This document shows positions 45,741-58,657 of a stretch of 64,000 bases of DNA, piece after piece. Below the pieces are notes generated by a model that made no database searches, was not told the DNA's origin, and worked only from the letters and a program-made list of their open reading frames with translations. Location of the stretch: contig CAVZSQ010000018.1 in assembly GCA_963777955.1 (NCBI GenBank), forward strand, positions 117,174 through 181,173, in the 5' to 3' direction. Position 1 is the first letter of the stretch; every line of letters starts with the position of its first letter. The position numbers were made by a program, and so were the translations under genes. This DNA comes from Calditrichia bacterium (GTDB lineage Bacteria > Calditrichota > Calditrichia > JAJRVZ01).

Positions 45741-45880
45741 CACCCTGGATGAAATTGACAGCCATTAAATCAAATTTAATATCATCATGGAATGGAGAGA
45801 TGACATGAATTATGCCTTGAAAACAAAATACCTTCCGGCAGGAAATTTTCTGGCCGGCCTTCAGACATTATTTCAGTATT

Positions 45881-48784
45881 ATGCTCCTACCGTTTTTCTA
45901 TTTGTTCATGATTTTTTCATTTGCCTGCTCTCCACAGAGCACAGTCAGGAATGATGCCGCAGCCGGGAAAAATGATTCGTATGTTTCAGCGATACCCGCT
46001 AAAGAAAAATTCACGCTGGCGGCGGCAGGCCGGGTTGCACCGTTGTGGATCAGCTCTCAGGATTATCCCGGTGTAATGCGCAGTCTGAAAAATCTGCAGA
46101 CGGATATTAAATCCGTAACCGGTGTTTTGCCTGAGTTGATTATTGACACGATTCCTGCCGGCGCTGAGATTGTTATAGCAGGGACGCTTGGTAGGAGTCC
46201 CGTCCTGGATAAACTGGTACAGGATAAAAAACTCGATGTCCGGGATATAGCCGGCAAGTGGGAATCCTTCCTGATCCAGGTTATCGAAAAACCGCTGCCC
46301 GGAGTGGAACGGGCCCTGGTTATCGCCGGCAGCGATAAACGGGGCACGATCTTTGGTATATATGAGCTGGCGGCTAAAATCGGTGTTTCGCCCTGGTACT
46401 GGTGGGCTGACGTACCGGTGCGGAAGCAGTCCAGCCTTTATGTAAATCCCGTTCGCTATACTCTGGGAGAACCGGCAGTAAAATACAGGGGTATTTTTAT
46501 AAACGATGAAGCGCCGGCTCTGACCGGACTGGTTTTCGAAAAATTCGGCGGATTCAATAGCAAATTTTATGAACATGTATTCGAACTTATCCTGCGCCTG
46601 AAAGGGAACTATCTCTGGCCGGCCATGTGGGGACGTGCATTCTATGTGGATGACCCGCTGAATCCCAAACTTGCCGATGAGATGGGCGTGGTAATCGGTA
46701 CTTCTCATCATGAACCTTGTATGCGTGCCCATGCCGAATGGGCCAAATTCGGTTCGGGTCCCTGGAACTATGAAAAAAATGAAACGGTCTTACGGGAATT
46801 CTGGAGATATGGTATTGAGCGAATGAATGGTTATGAAAGTATTGTCACCATCGGGATGCGCGGAGACGGGGATGAGCCGATGAGCGAATCTGCCAATATC
46901 GCCTTGCTGGAACGGATCGTCAGCGATCAGCGCGAGATAATAGGGAAGCAGACCGGTAAGGATGTCACCGCAATACCCCAGATGTGGGCGTTATATAAAG
47001 AGGTCCAGGAATACTACGATAAAGGTATGCGCGTACCTGACGATGTCACTCTACTGCTGTGTGATGATAACTGGGGTAATATCCGCAAGTTGCCTAAACT
47101 GAGGCGACGCGCCGCGTAGCGGTGGTTATGGTATCTATTATCATTATGATTATGTCGGCGGCCCGCGAAATTACAAATGGGTCAATACAAACCAGATTTC
47201 CAGGGTCTGGGAACAAATGCACCTGGCCTATGAATACGGAGTAAAACAGATCTGGATCGTCAATGTGGGTGACATCAAACCGATGGAATTCCCCATCGAG
47301 TTCTTCCTGGATTATGCCTGGAATCCCGAACAATGGCCGGCCGAGCGCCTGCCTGAATATACCCGGCTGTGGGCCGAACGGCAATTCGGAACGCAATATG
47401 CCGCAGGATATCGCTGATATATTGACTAAATACACCCGATACAACTCCCGCCGTAAACCGGAGTTACTGTCTCGCGGATACCTATAGTCTGATCAATTAC
47501 GGCGAAGCGGAAACCGTGGTCAGTGAATATAATGAACTGGCCGAAAAGGCCCAGCAGATCTATGATATGATTCCGACCGAGTATAAAGATGCTTTCTACC
47601 AACTCGTTTTACATCCGGTAGTCGCCTGTGCCAATTTGAATGATCTGTACGTGACGGTGCGCAAAAATCATCTTTATGCTGCTCAGGGCCGGGCATACTA
47701 CTAACACTCTGGCGCAAAGAGCCAGAGAATTATTCAAGCGGGACTCCACTATCTCCTATTATTATAATAAAGTGATGGCCAACGGAAAATGGAATCACAT
47801 GATGGATCAGACGCATATCGGTTATACCTACTGGCAACAACCGGAAATGAATGTCATGCCTGAAGTGAAAAAGATTGAAGTACCGCTTCCTGCTGAAATG
47901 GGTGTGGCCATTGAAGGTTCGCTCAACTGGTGGCCACTGGAAAAAAGACGAGGCCGTACTTCCGGAGTTTGATCCTTATAACTGGCCAGGCCATTATCTT
48001 GAAATATTCAACCGGGGTAAAACGGCTTTCCTGTATTCTGTTCAGACCGGCGAGTCCTGGCTGCAAGTCAAACCCCAGCAGGGAAGAGTGGACTAGGAAC
48101 AACGCTTATGGGTGAATGTAGAATGGTCAAAAGTACCGGCAGGCAAACACCGGGTACCGATTACCATTAATGGACCGGATCAAAATCAGGTGGTCGTTTA
48201 TGCCGTGATTAATAATCCGGTTCATACCTCAGGAGGATCTGGAAGATCGTTTTATTGAAAGCAATGGTTACGTTTCGATTGAAGCGGAACATTATACCCG
48301 GGTGGTAAATACCCATCCCATAACCTGGCAGAAAATTCCGGATCTGGGTCGTACACTTTCGGCGATGACCCCTTTCCCGGTGACTGCTCCGGTTCAATCT
48401 CCGCAAGGGGATAGCCCGCGACTGGAATACCGCGTCTATCTTTTCAACGCTGGGGAAGTGAAGGTCAATGCGTATCTTTCTCCGACTTTAAATTTTCATG
48501 ATAATCAGGGACTGCGCTATGGCATCTCTTTTGATAATGAACCGGCTCAAATCATTAATATGCATGCCAACAAAACGTTTCAGGACTGGGAAGCATGGGT
48601 GAGCAATAATGTAAACATAACAGTATCCGGACATATCATCAAGGAACCCGGCAAACATGTCCTGAAATTCTGGGTGGTCGATCCGGGGGTTGTCCTGCAA
48701 AAACTGGTCATCGAAACCGCAGAAGTAAAACCCAGTTATCTGGGTCCTCCGGAAAGTTATAGGGGTATTCTAAAAACCAATTAG
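45881..48784 (+). CDS. GH115 alpha-(4-O-methyl)-glucuronidase (several frameshifts; true start may be 45805)
   Basis: GVSPWYWWAD, VKYRGIFINDE, NYLWPAMW, GTSHHEP, GMRGDGD, DDNWG, NVGDIKPME, KWNHMMDQTHIGY, PSYLGPPES. Confidence 0.92.
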
Positions 48785-48792
48785 TGATAATA

Positions 48793-48833
48793 TAATTAGT
48801 AATTAGTAATTGGTAATTGATAATTGGTAATTG
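48793..48833 (+). repeat. Heptamer tandem repeat (TAATTRR) in intergenic spacer
   Basis: taattag taattag taattgg taattga taattgg taattg. Confidence 0.8.
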
Positions 48834-50630
48834 AAAAGAAAATTAAATCTTTTCGGGATTTTCAAGGACTGAATGGTGTGATTATTAGAGGAAGGAAAAA
48901 ATTGAAGAGTGCTCTGGTTATTATCTTGTGTATTATCGTTTCTATTGTCTGCAGTTGCGGGGATCATTCATCCGCTCAAAAAAGCAAAAGATTCACCAAT
49001 CCGATTCTGGCCGGATTCTACCCTGATCCCAGTGTATGCGCTGTTGACCAGGATTACTATCTGGTCAATTCGACCTTTGCCTATTACCCGGGTATACCCG
49101 TATTCCACAGCCGGGATCTGGTCAACTGGAAACTGATCGGACATGTTCTGGATCGCCCGGAACAACTGAATCTGGATAGCATGGGTGTCTCCCGCGGCAT
49201 ATTTGCTCCGGCTATCAGGTATAATAAGGGTGTGTTTTATGTGACCTGTACTCTGGTTGACGGTGGAGGCAATTTTATAGTAACTTCGAAAACCGCCGCT
49301 GGTCCCTGGTCCAATCCGGTCTGGATACCTCAGATTAACGGGATCGATCCTTCCATGTTTTTTGATGATGGCGGCGAAGCGTACATCGTTTACAACAGCA
49401 TTCCTCCCGATGATAAACCGTCATACGACGGTCACCGGACTATCCGCATGTATAAATTTGATCCGGATAGTCTGAAAGTGACAGGACGGGAATATATTCT
49501 GGTGAACGGAGGAACCGATATCAGCAAAAAGCCGGTCTGGATTGAAGGGCCGCATATTTTTAAAAAAGACGGCTATTATTATCTGATTGCGGCGGAAGGG
49601 GGCACCGCTGAATGGCACTCCGAAGTGGTGTTCCGCAGTACCACAGTCGAGGGCCCCTATACCCCTTATGAGCATAATCCGATCCTGACCCAACGCCATC
49701 TGGACGCTCATAGAGATTTTCCGGTTACCTGCACCGGTCATGCTGATCTGGTGCAATTGGCGTCGGGTGATTGGTGGGCAGTGTTCCTGGGCTGCCGGCC
49801 TTATCGTCCATTTGATCAGAATTACTATAATACCGGCCGGGAAACATTTCTGGCACCGGTTAAATGGGTGGATGGCTGGCCGGTCATTAATCCCGGTCAT
49901 AAACAGGTCCAGTATTATTATCCGTACCCCGCTCAATCCGCAGCGGAGGCCGCCGATTATAAATATAGCGGAAATTTCCGCAGCAGGGATGAGTTCGATG
50001 CGGAAACATTGAATCCCAATTGGATGTTGCTGAGGACGCCTGGCGGCCGCAAGTGGTATGATCTGCAGCGACGCCAGGGACTTCTGGCCCTGCGGGTGCG
50101 ACCGGAATCCTGCGCTGAAAAGGTAAATCCAAGTTTCCTGGGACGCCGCCAGCAGCATCTGCAGGGCTCGGCAAGTACGGCACTCGTTTTCGCGGCAGCG
50201 GCTGAAAATGAAAAAGCGGGATTACTGGTATTCCAGAACGAGAAGCATTTCTATTACCTGTGCCAATCACTGGATGGGCAGGATACGGTGGTACAATTGT
50301 ATAAATCTGCCGGCAAAGAAAAATCCGTGGAGCAGATGAAATTAATGGTTTCGAAAAAAATCAACATCGATCGAAGCAAACCGGAATTGTATTTAAAAAT
50401 TGCAGCAGAGGGAAACGTTTATTCCTTCTTATATTGTACCACTATGCCGGACTGGCAAGTGCTGCAAAGCGATGTGGATGCCGCATTCCTGAGTACCAGG
50501 GTTGCAGGAGGATTTGTCGGCTGCGTGTATGCACTGTATGCGACTTCACTGGGGCAAACCGTCAAAAAATACCGCTTACTTCGATTGGTTTGAGTATCTG
50601 GGTGACGACGAAGTCTATAAAAAAAATTAA
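48824..50630 (+). CDS. GH43 beta-xylosidase / alpha-arabinofuranosidase (frameshift near 50560; real start probably downstream of 48824)
   Basis: NPILAGFYPDPS, FAP, GIDP, WIEGPH, AEGGT, TGHADL, GRETFL, GGFVG, FDWFEY; lipobox-like VCSC. Confidence 0.92.
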
Positions 50631-50661
50631 CTAAACAATAAACATTTCAGTGGGGGTAGAT

Positions 50662-53600
50662 ATGATTACAACCCAATTTTTTAGCAGGAACTGGGCGATA
50701 ATTATTTCAGTTCTTCTGATATCCGTCTGCGATATAATCGCCCAGCCGCTGGCCAGCGGACATGAGAAGTTTTTAGGGTGTATAATAGGCTCCAGCATTC
50801 CCGCATCCTGGGATAGTTACTGGAACCAGGTCACCCCGGAAAACGCCGGCAAGTGGGGGTCAGCTGAGCCGGGCAGGGATAACTATAGTTGGGGCGGCCT
50901 GGACCTGGCTTACGGTCATGCTGTATCTCTGGGATATCCGTTTAAAATACACACTCTGATCTGGGGACAACAATACCCGAGCTGGATTACGTCCCTTGAT
51001 TCAGCTTCCCAGGCTGAGGAGATAGAAGAATGGATCCATGATGTCGCTGCCAGGTATCCGCAAACGGCGCATGTCGACGTGGTCAATGAACCACTGCCCG
51101 GCCATAACCCGGCACCCTACAGGAATGCCCTCGGCGGCAGCGGCTCCACCGGATACGACTGGGTGATCCGGGCCTTTCAATTAGCGCGGCAATATTTCAG
51201 TGCCAGTACAAAATTAATTCTTAATGAATTCAGTCTACTTAACAGCAATGATAATACCACTGCTTTCCTCCAGATAGTCAACCTGTTAAAGAGCAGAGGA
51301 CTGATCGATGGAATCGGCGTGCAATGCCATTATTTTGAAGTCAGCAATCCAAACAATGCTTACATGGATGCCAATTTAGATCGGCTGGCGGCCACCGGTT
51401 TACCGATTTATATATCCGAATTTGAAATTAATGTTGCGGATGACCAGGGTCAAGTGGATGAATATGAGCGGATATTTCCATTGCTGTGGGAACATCCGGG
51501 AGTAAAGGGCATCACCCTGTGGGGATATATCCAGGGCCAGATCTGGCAGGTCGATGGTTACCTGGTACGTTCCAACGGAACCGAACGCCCGGCATTGGAA
51601 TGGCTGCGCAGTTATCTTTTAAAAAATGGAACTTTCAGGTCTTACCAATCAGGCGACTGGAACGATCCCGACTCCTGGGAACGTTATGACGGGGTCAACT
51701 GGATTTATCCGGCGCCTGTTGCCCCGAATTCCAGCGACGAATCCAGTCACGATTCTTCAGCGATGATACCATCACGGTTTCTGTTTCCGACTCAGCCGAC
51801 CAGTTAGCGGTCAACTCCGGTGGTGTACTGGTAATCAATAACGGGATTAATTTCAGAATAACGACAGGAATTTCGACCGATCTGATTGTAGACGGTAGTG
51901 TGATAAATTATGGCACACTCAGCTCGGCCGATTCGGCTACGATCATTTTCAAAAGCGGAAGTAAATACCAGCATGAACAGGATGGGGGAGTAATTCCTCA
52001 GGCCGGGTGGTCTTCAGGTTCAACCTGTTATATCAACGGCGTCCAGACTAATATGCCCCAGCAGCTTAATCAGAATTTCAACAACTTCACCTGGAATTGT
52101 CCGGCACAGAGCGGAGTGCTCGATCTGGCTTGGAATGGGAATACCATCAGTGGAAATATTACGATCCAGAGCACCGGTACGGGACAGCTGCAAATGTGCG
52201 CACCGCAGACGGATCAGTCTGCCACGGTCACTATTAACGGCAGTGTGATACAGTCCGGAGGAGAATTTTCTGCTACCGGAACAAATAACGGCGGAACAGC
52301 AGTAATCATAAATCATAACGGCAATGTCAATGTCAGCGGCGGTAATTTTTCGATCTGCCGTGGTACGCAGGGCGGCACCGGATCGACCGTCTGGTATATG
52401 CTGGTCGGCGGTTTTAACCTGGCCAATGCCCGCAGCGAGAACGACAATACCGCTGCAAATGGAGCGAAATTTGTCTTTGCCCGTGCGGGAACACAAACTA
52501 TGAATCTTACCGCAGGGAATACGATAATCTCACTGCCTGTTGAAGTCAGCAGTGGCACTACGCTGAGTATGGGCAGCAGCGTGCTGAGCGGTGCAGGGAT
52601 GTTCATTTTGAACAGCGGCGCAACACTTGAATGCGCTCATCCGGCCGGACTGGACAGCTCAATAAGTACGAGTGGATTGAGAATCCTGAGTAAAACGGCG
52701 AGTTATACCTTTAATGGTACCGAAGCCCAGGTGACCGGGGCACAATTGCCCGATACGGTTGTCAATTTAAACCTGAATAATGCTGCCGGTGTTTCACTTT
52801 CGGGCAACGTGGTGATAAACGGGCGACTGGATTTGAAGAATGGTGCCTTAAACTTAAACGGGCACCTGTTGGCATATGGACCTCAAGGTTCCTTGAGGTA
52901 TTCGGGATCCACGGCTCAAACCACCACGGAAGCGGAGTTCCCGTCAGCAGGTGGTCCGAAAGATTTGTTAATTGGCAATGCGAACGGAGTTACTCTCCAT
53001 GCTTCCAAGTCGATTGAAGGAAATCTCGAACTTATGGGAAAATTGCGGATAGGGGTAAATACTTTCACTGCTGCCTCAACAACCAATCAGTCTACATACC
53101 GTTTCGTGGTGACAACAGACGGAGGAATATTCAGGTTGATATCAGTTGGGTCTACACAGAAACTTTTTCCAGTAGGCACCACCGCCTATGCACCTGTCTC
53201 GATTACAAACAATGGTACGGCCGATACCATTGGGGTTAGTGTTGTGGCTGATGCCACACCGGCGGCCGAAGGGGGACGGGTGAATGTCAGATGGGAAATC
53301 AGTGAAAGTACCATCGGTGATGGTGATTATACGCTGCAATTTGGCTGGATGCCCGTTCTGGAAGATGCAACATTGAAGGCAGACAGGTTGAACCAGGCCA
53401 AGATCTTTGAAATGACCGATACTACCGAAACAGGATCAGGTGCATACACAACGCAGCTTACCTCGCCACCATACTACGTTGCCAGGGGCGGGATCAGCAT
53501 CCTGGGTCCTTTTGCAGTCGGCCGCTTCGGTTATGTCGATCAAATTGAGCAGGTGCTGACGGCTGTACCGCGGGAATTAAGTTTGAGCCAGAATTATCCT

Positions 53601-53849
53601 AATCCCTTCAATCCTACCACAACGATTCGCTATACATTAGCTAAATCATCTCAGGTAAAACTGAGCATATACAGTGTACTCGGTGCACAGGTGCGCACGC
53701 TGGTGAATAATTTGGAACAGGGTGGCCTGCATACTGTGGCCTGGGATGCTATGGACGATAACCATAATCCGGTGGCCTCGGGTATTTATTTTTACCGGTT
53801 GGTAACAGAGGATCAAACGGTTCAGAAAAAGATGTTGCTGGTGAGATGA
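50662..53849 (+). CDS. GH10 endo-1,4-beta-xylanase with long Gly/Thr/Asn-rich extension and T9SS type A-like CTD (frameshift near 51760)
   Basis: QVTPENAGKW, HTLIWG.Q, DVVNEP, GIGVQCH, IYISEF; frame continues to QNYPNPFNPTTTI..KKMLLVR. Confidence 0.88.
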
Positions 53850-53944
53850 AAGCAGGGACAAAGGGATAGAGGGACAGAGAGACATAGAAAGGCAATCAGG
53901 TACTAAGGGGAGCTGGATACTTACTGCTGGGCATTCAACGTCTT

Positions 53945-54703
53945 ATGAATCATCTTAAAAAAATCATCAAAGGACTCCACGGTCTGTTCGGATTTATCGG
54001 ACATGGATTCCCGCTGCGGTTCAATTATGAAAAGAAAAACTTAATCGATTATGCTTTCAATAATCCCGATCTGCATCTCCAGTCCCTGGCGGATTTAGGG
54101 GGAGTCTGGAAAATAGATGGGGCTTATACTTTTTATGCCCTGGATCGTTACCGCATAAAGCAGGCCTGCCTGGTTGATACGAATTTTTCAAACAGAGTAA
54201 AAAATAAAAGTATAAAATATCCCGGACTGGTTTTGATCAACGACAATTTTGGCCAGGAAAGTGTAATAAACAGAATTAAATCTGTCGATGCCGTTTTGAT
54301 GTTCGATATACTTTTGCATCAGGTCAAACCGGACTGGAATGAGATCCTGGAAATGTACTCTAAAATATCCAAAGTTATTCTGATCTATAATCAGCAGTAT
54401 ACCGCTGCAGAGCGAACGGTCAGGTTATTGGATCTGGGTAAAGAAAAATACCTGGAACTATTGCCCTTTGCCAGGAAAAGACCTTTATACGAGGAATTGT
54501 TCAATAAACTCGATGAAATAAATCCGGAGCATAACCGGCCCTGGCGGGATATTCATAACGTCTGGCAGTGGGGCATCACCGATCTGGATTTAAAAGAGGT
54601 GATGACCCGTCTCGGTTTTGAATTAAAATATTATAAAAATGACGGTCCTTTCAGCAATCTGGAACACTTCGAAAATCATGCTTTTGTTTTTATAAAAAAA
54701 TGA
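53945..54703 (+). CDS. Hypothetical protein, possibly SAM-dependent methyltransferase fold
   Basis: 252-aa ORF; SLADLGGVW, ACLVD, VDAVLMFDILLH resemble class I MTase motifs. Confidence 0.5.
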   Translation: MNHLKKIIKGLHGLFGFIGHGFPLRFNYEKKNLIDYAFNNPDLHLQSLADLGGVWKIDGAYTFYALDRYRIKQACLVDTNFSNRVKNKSIKYPGLVLINDNFGQESVINRIKSVDAVLMFDILLHQVKPDWNEILEMYSKISKVILIYNQQYTAAERTVRLLDLGKEKYLELLPFARKRPLYEELFNKLDEINPEHNRPWRDIHNVWQWGITDLDLKEVMTRLGFELKYYKNDGPFSNLEHFENHAFVFIKK

Positions 54704-54735
54704 ATAAATCCTTATATACACCTGCTTCTTTGTGC

Positions 54736-57130
54736 TTAACCCATCACCACCACGACGTCGTTGTTTTTCTTCATTAATTTAAAGGGGATCAGGTTGCCAT
54801 CCAGGGATTTATCATTGATGATGATTCTGCTGACCCCTTTCTGGATTGCTTTCTCATTAATAATTACGATATTAAAATTTTTCTTCTGGAATCTCCTGGT
54901 AATCTTTACCTCTCTCCATTTCGACGGCAGGCAGGGATCGATGCGCAGGCCAAGGTAATCGGGTTGAATACCGAGGATATATTGCGTGGCGGTATAGTAA
55001 GCCCAGGCAGCGCTGCCGCTCAACCAGGGCAGGCGCGCCGCACCATAGCGCGGGCTGTAGATACTATTTATAAATTGATTGTAGACATAGGGTTCGATTT
55101 CGCGTATCTCTGCCTTGGTATTATAAGCTGCCGGCATGAATTTATGGTAATAGTCGTAAGCCCGATCACCCCGTCCCAGCAGTGTTTCGGCAATGATCGC
55201 CCAACCCTGGGTGTGGCAAAAAACCGAGGCATTCTCTTTCATCCCTTTATTGAACAGCCTGGCCTTGATTACCTTGGGATCGGTTTTTTCCACCGCCGGG
55301 GCACAGATCATCAAACCGTAATCGGTACCCAGGCGTTCTTTAACCGCGTCCATGAGTTTTACCGCGCGACTCCCGGAGGTATGACCGCTATAAATAGCCC
55401 AGGGCTGCGGTTCCAAAAAGATAGAGGCTTCTTTGTTCTCTTTTGATCCGAACTTCAGGCCATCAGCCCGGTAGGCCCGCAAATACCATCTGCCGTCCCA
55501 GGCATGTTTCTCCAGATTACCATCCAGTTTTTTCAACTGGGCAACCGCCCATTTTATCTCGGCCGGTTTTTTGAGCAATTCACAAATCTCGATATAGGTT
55601 TTCAGGGCATAACGCAGTTGCATGGCCACGAAAACCGTTTCACCGTCATGACCGAGTTCCAGACAATCGTTCCAGTCGGCCAACAGGCCGCAGGGCAGTC
55701 CATGTTTACCTGAACGTTTCAGATTAAACTGGATGGCCTTTTTCAGATGTCCCAGCACCGTATCCCTGCCCTGGTCGGCATAGGGCAGTACTTTTTTATA
55801 AAAAGCAATATCGCCGGTCTCTTTGACATAGGCCGGAATGGTATTGAACAGCCACATCCCGTCATCGGAACGATAATCTTTTTCGGCCGGTGCTTTTTCT
55901 TTTCCGGGCTTGTGAGCAAACGGTTTAACCACCGGCAGGGCGCCGCCGGTGGAGACCTGTCCGGTGATCATCAATTCCAGCCGTTCCCTGACTTCGGCGG
56001 GAATCAAATGCAGCACTCCCAGCATATCCTGGACCGTATCACGGTAACCCAGCCCGTCCCGTTCGCCGGTATAAATCAGACTGGCCGCACGCGACCAGGC
56101 ATAGGTCATCATGCAATTATAGGGATTCCACATATTCAGCATGCTGTTGAATTCGCTATCGGGTGTTTCGGCAGTCATCCCGGCAATCCTGGAGTGCCAG
56201 AATTCTTTCAGTTTATTGAAATGCTGATAAACCTGGGCCGGATCCCCCGACTCCCGCAACGCTTTTTTCCCTTCCTTTCCGGCAGCACCGATACCCATCA
56301 ATACAACCAATTCTTTGGATTCGCCAGGCTGTAATTCGATATCGACCTGCAGGCAGCCGCAGCCGTTGTCGCCCACGGCGATGGAATTCGTGCATTGTCC
56401 CAGTTCCACCACCATCGGATTTGCATAGGTGCGGTATGGTCCCAGAAAAACTTCGCGATCGGTGTCAAATCCTTTAACCTCAGCCCCGCTGATGGCTAAG
56501 AAGGTATGTCGTCCCTGGCCATCATCTTCAAAGTGATCCGGCCGGGCCGGCATGTACACATTGGTACCGTGATCGATCATGTTATCGACCACGTCCATTT
56601 TCAGGATATACTGGGAATATTGCAGGTTGACCATATCCTGGGATAATTTCCAGTTGTTGGCATATTCGACATAGGTGAACAGGCTCAGCTTTCTTGGCTG
56701 GACTCCCGTATTGGTCATTTTCAGCAGCCAGCATTCATAATTTCTATCCAGTGGAACGAAATAGAGCGATTCGGATTTGATCTGCGAGTATTCGGAAGAA
56801 ATTTTAGTATAAGCCGTACCATGGCGGCATTCGGATTTATATTCGCTTAACGGTTTGCCGACCGGTTGCCAGACTGGCCGACCAGAAATCTTTACTGTCT
56901 TGATCATGAATATAAAAGTAGCGTCCGGGTTGGTCCAGGGGAATGACATTGAATCTGAGGCGGGTGAAGCGGCCCTGGGCGGCTGATTTATAGAAACTGT
57001 ATCCGCCGGCATTATTGGTAATGATCGCTCCATATTCCGTCGAACCAAGATAATTGCTCCAGGATTTTGGCGTATCCGGCCGCTCAATGACATACTCTTT
57101 ATTTTTATCGTCAAAATATCCAAACTGCAT
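54736..57130 (-). CDS. GH94 glycoside phosphorylase (chitobiose/cellodextrin phosphorylase-like; frameshift near 56875)
   Basis: FGYFDD..EYVI..PDTP.SWSNYLG, GLGYRDTVQD, ADWNDCL, KENASVFCH, WLSGSAAW, LGIQP. Confidence 0.92.
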
Positions 57131-57157
57131 GTTTGTATCCTCCGGGTAACGAAGTTC

Positions 57158-58156
57158 TTATACTATCGGTTTATTCGGATTGGCTTTGATATAGGCTATT
57201 AATTCATCCACCTGGGTAAAAGCCAGGGCACAATAGGTATCGGCGGCACCGTAGAAGATGGCCATCCGGCCGGTGTCGGCATCCTGCAAGGTGGCGCAGG
57301 GAAAGGCGACATTCGGAACAAAACCTGTTGTTTCGTACGGTTGTTCCGGGGTCAGTAAATAATTCTCGCAATCGACGATAATTTTAGACGGATCATCGAT
57401 ATCCAGCAGCGCAGCCCCGATGCTGTAAATAAATCCGCTGCAACTCTGGCAAACGCCGTGATAGATCAGCAGCCAACCCTCGCTGGTTTCAACCGGTACA
57501 GGACCTGCGCCTAATTTGGTGTTTTTCCACCAGTAGTGGGTGGTTTTCATCACCAGCCGGTGTTTTCCCCAGTAAGTCAGATCCGGACTCTGGCTTAGAT
57601 AGATGTCACCAAAGGGGGTGTGGCCGTTATCACTGGGCCGGTTAAGCATGACATAATTGCCGTTAATTTTGCGCGGGAATAGTACCCCGTTACGATTGAA
57701 AGGTAAAAAAGCATTTTCCAGTTGAGTAAAAATTTTAAAATCCTGTGTTCTGGCGATGCCGATAGTAGGACCGTTAAAATAGTTACACCATAGAATATAG
57801 TACATACCTTCCAATTCCACCAGGCGGGGATCGTAGCCGTACAAAATCGGTTTGGCCGGTTTACCAGCCTCATTCTGAAATGTTATGATCTTGTTTTCAA
57901 TATCCCATTTGAGTCCATCTTTGCTGCGGCCCAGATGCAGATTGGGATAACCGTTGCTATGATCGGCCCGGAAGACGCCGATAAATTCATTTTGATAAGG
58001 AATGATTGCGCTGTTGAAGACACGTCCGCCGTCCTTGATCGGCCTGCGGCCGATAACCGGATTTTTATCATAACGCCAGACTACATCAGTGCATGTTTTT
58101 GGTTTATCCTGCCAGGGAATATTGGGTAATGCCTTGCCGACAATTGTTTTTTTCAT
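57158..58156 (-). CDS. GH130 beta-mannoside phosphorylase
   Basis: VFNSA, YDPR, NRNGVLFPRKING, RPSDNGHTPFGDI, YHGV, GFVPNVAFP, YGAADT. Confidence 0.92.
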   Translation of the reverse strand: MKKTIVGKALPNIPWQDKPKTCTDVVWRYDKNPVIGRRPIKDGGRVFNSAIIPYQNEFIGVFRADHSNGYPNLHLGRSKDGLKWDIENKIITFQNEAGKPAKPILYGYDPRLVELEGMYYILWCNYFNGPTIGIARTQDFKIFTQLENAFLPFNRNGVLFPRKINGNYVMLNRPSDNGHTPFGDIYLSQSPDLTYWGKHRLVMKTTHYWWKNTKLGAGPVPVETSEGWLLIYHGVCQSCSGFIYSIGAALLDIDDPSKIIVDCENYLLTPEQPYETTGFVPNVAFPCATLQDADTGRMAIFYGAADTYCALAFTQVDELIAYIKANPNKPIV

Positions 58157-58425
58157 GGTTTTATCCCTTTTGTGCTATAATAATTCTATGATCTATTGCT
58201 TAATATTTTTATGCCCTTTATTTAAAATACGATATTAAAAGTAAGATACATTTTCATTCGAATCAAAAAATTTATGGAAATAAATGGCTGGAACAGGAAA
58301 GGCACAAAGGTCGTAGACCTGGCGAAGACAGGTCGCAGATCTACCGCCAGGTAGACACAAAGGCACAAAAATTAAGATTAAAGATCCGCCTTGCGGCGGA
58401 GATTTAAGAATCAAGTTGTTATGGA

Positions 58426-58540
58426 GTACTGATGCTGCAGGCATCAGATATTTGTAGCCCCGTGTGAAACACGGGGTAAAATAATCCCACACCCTAATTT
58501 CCCCTCTTCCCGGAAACGGGGAGAGGGGCAGGGGTGAGGG
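58426..58540 (+). repeat. Palindromic intergenic repeat family A, copy 1
   Basis: GTACTGATGC..GCATCA..TAGCCCCGTGTG..CACGGGGT followed by CCCCTCT..GAGAGGGG hairpin. Confidence 0.7.
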
Positions 58541-58657
58541 GTTTTTTCTACGGTAAAAGGGTAAAGAACAAAGGATATTAAGGCATTTTGACCTATATAT
58601 TATTATATTTAGTGCACTTAAAAATAAACCTGAAATTCAATATAAAGGACCTTTCTT

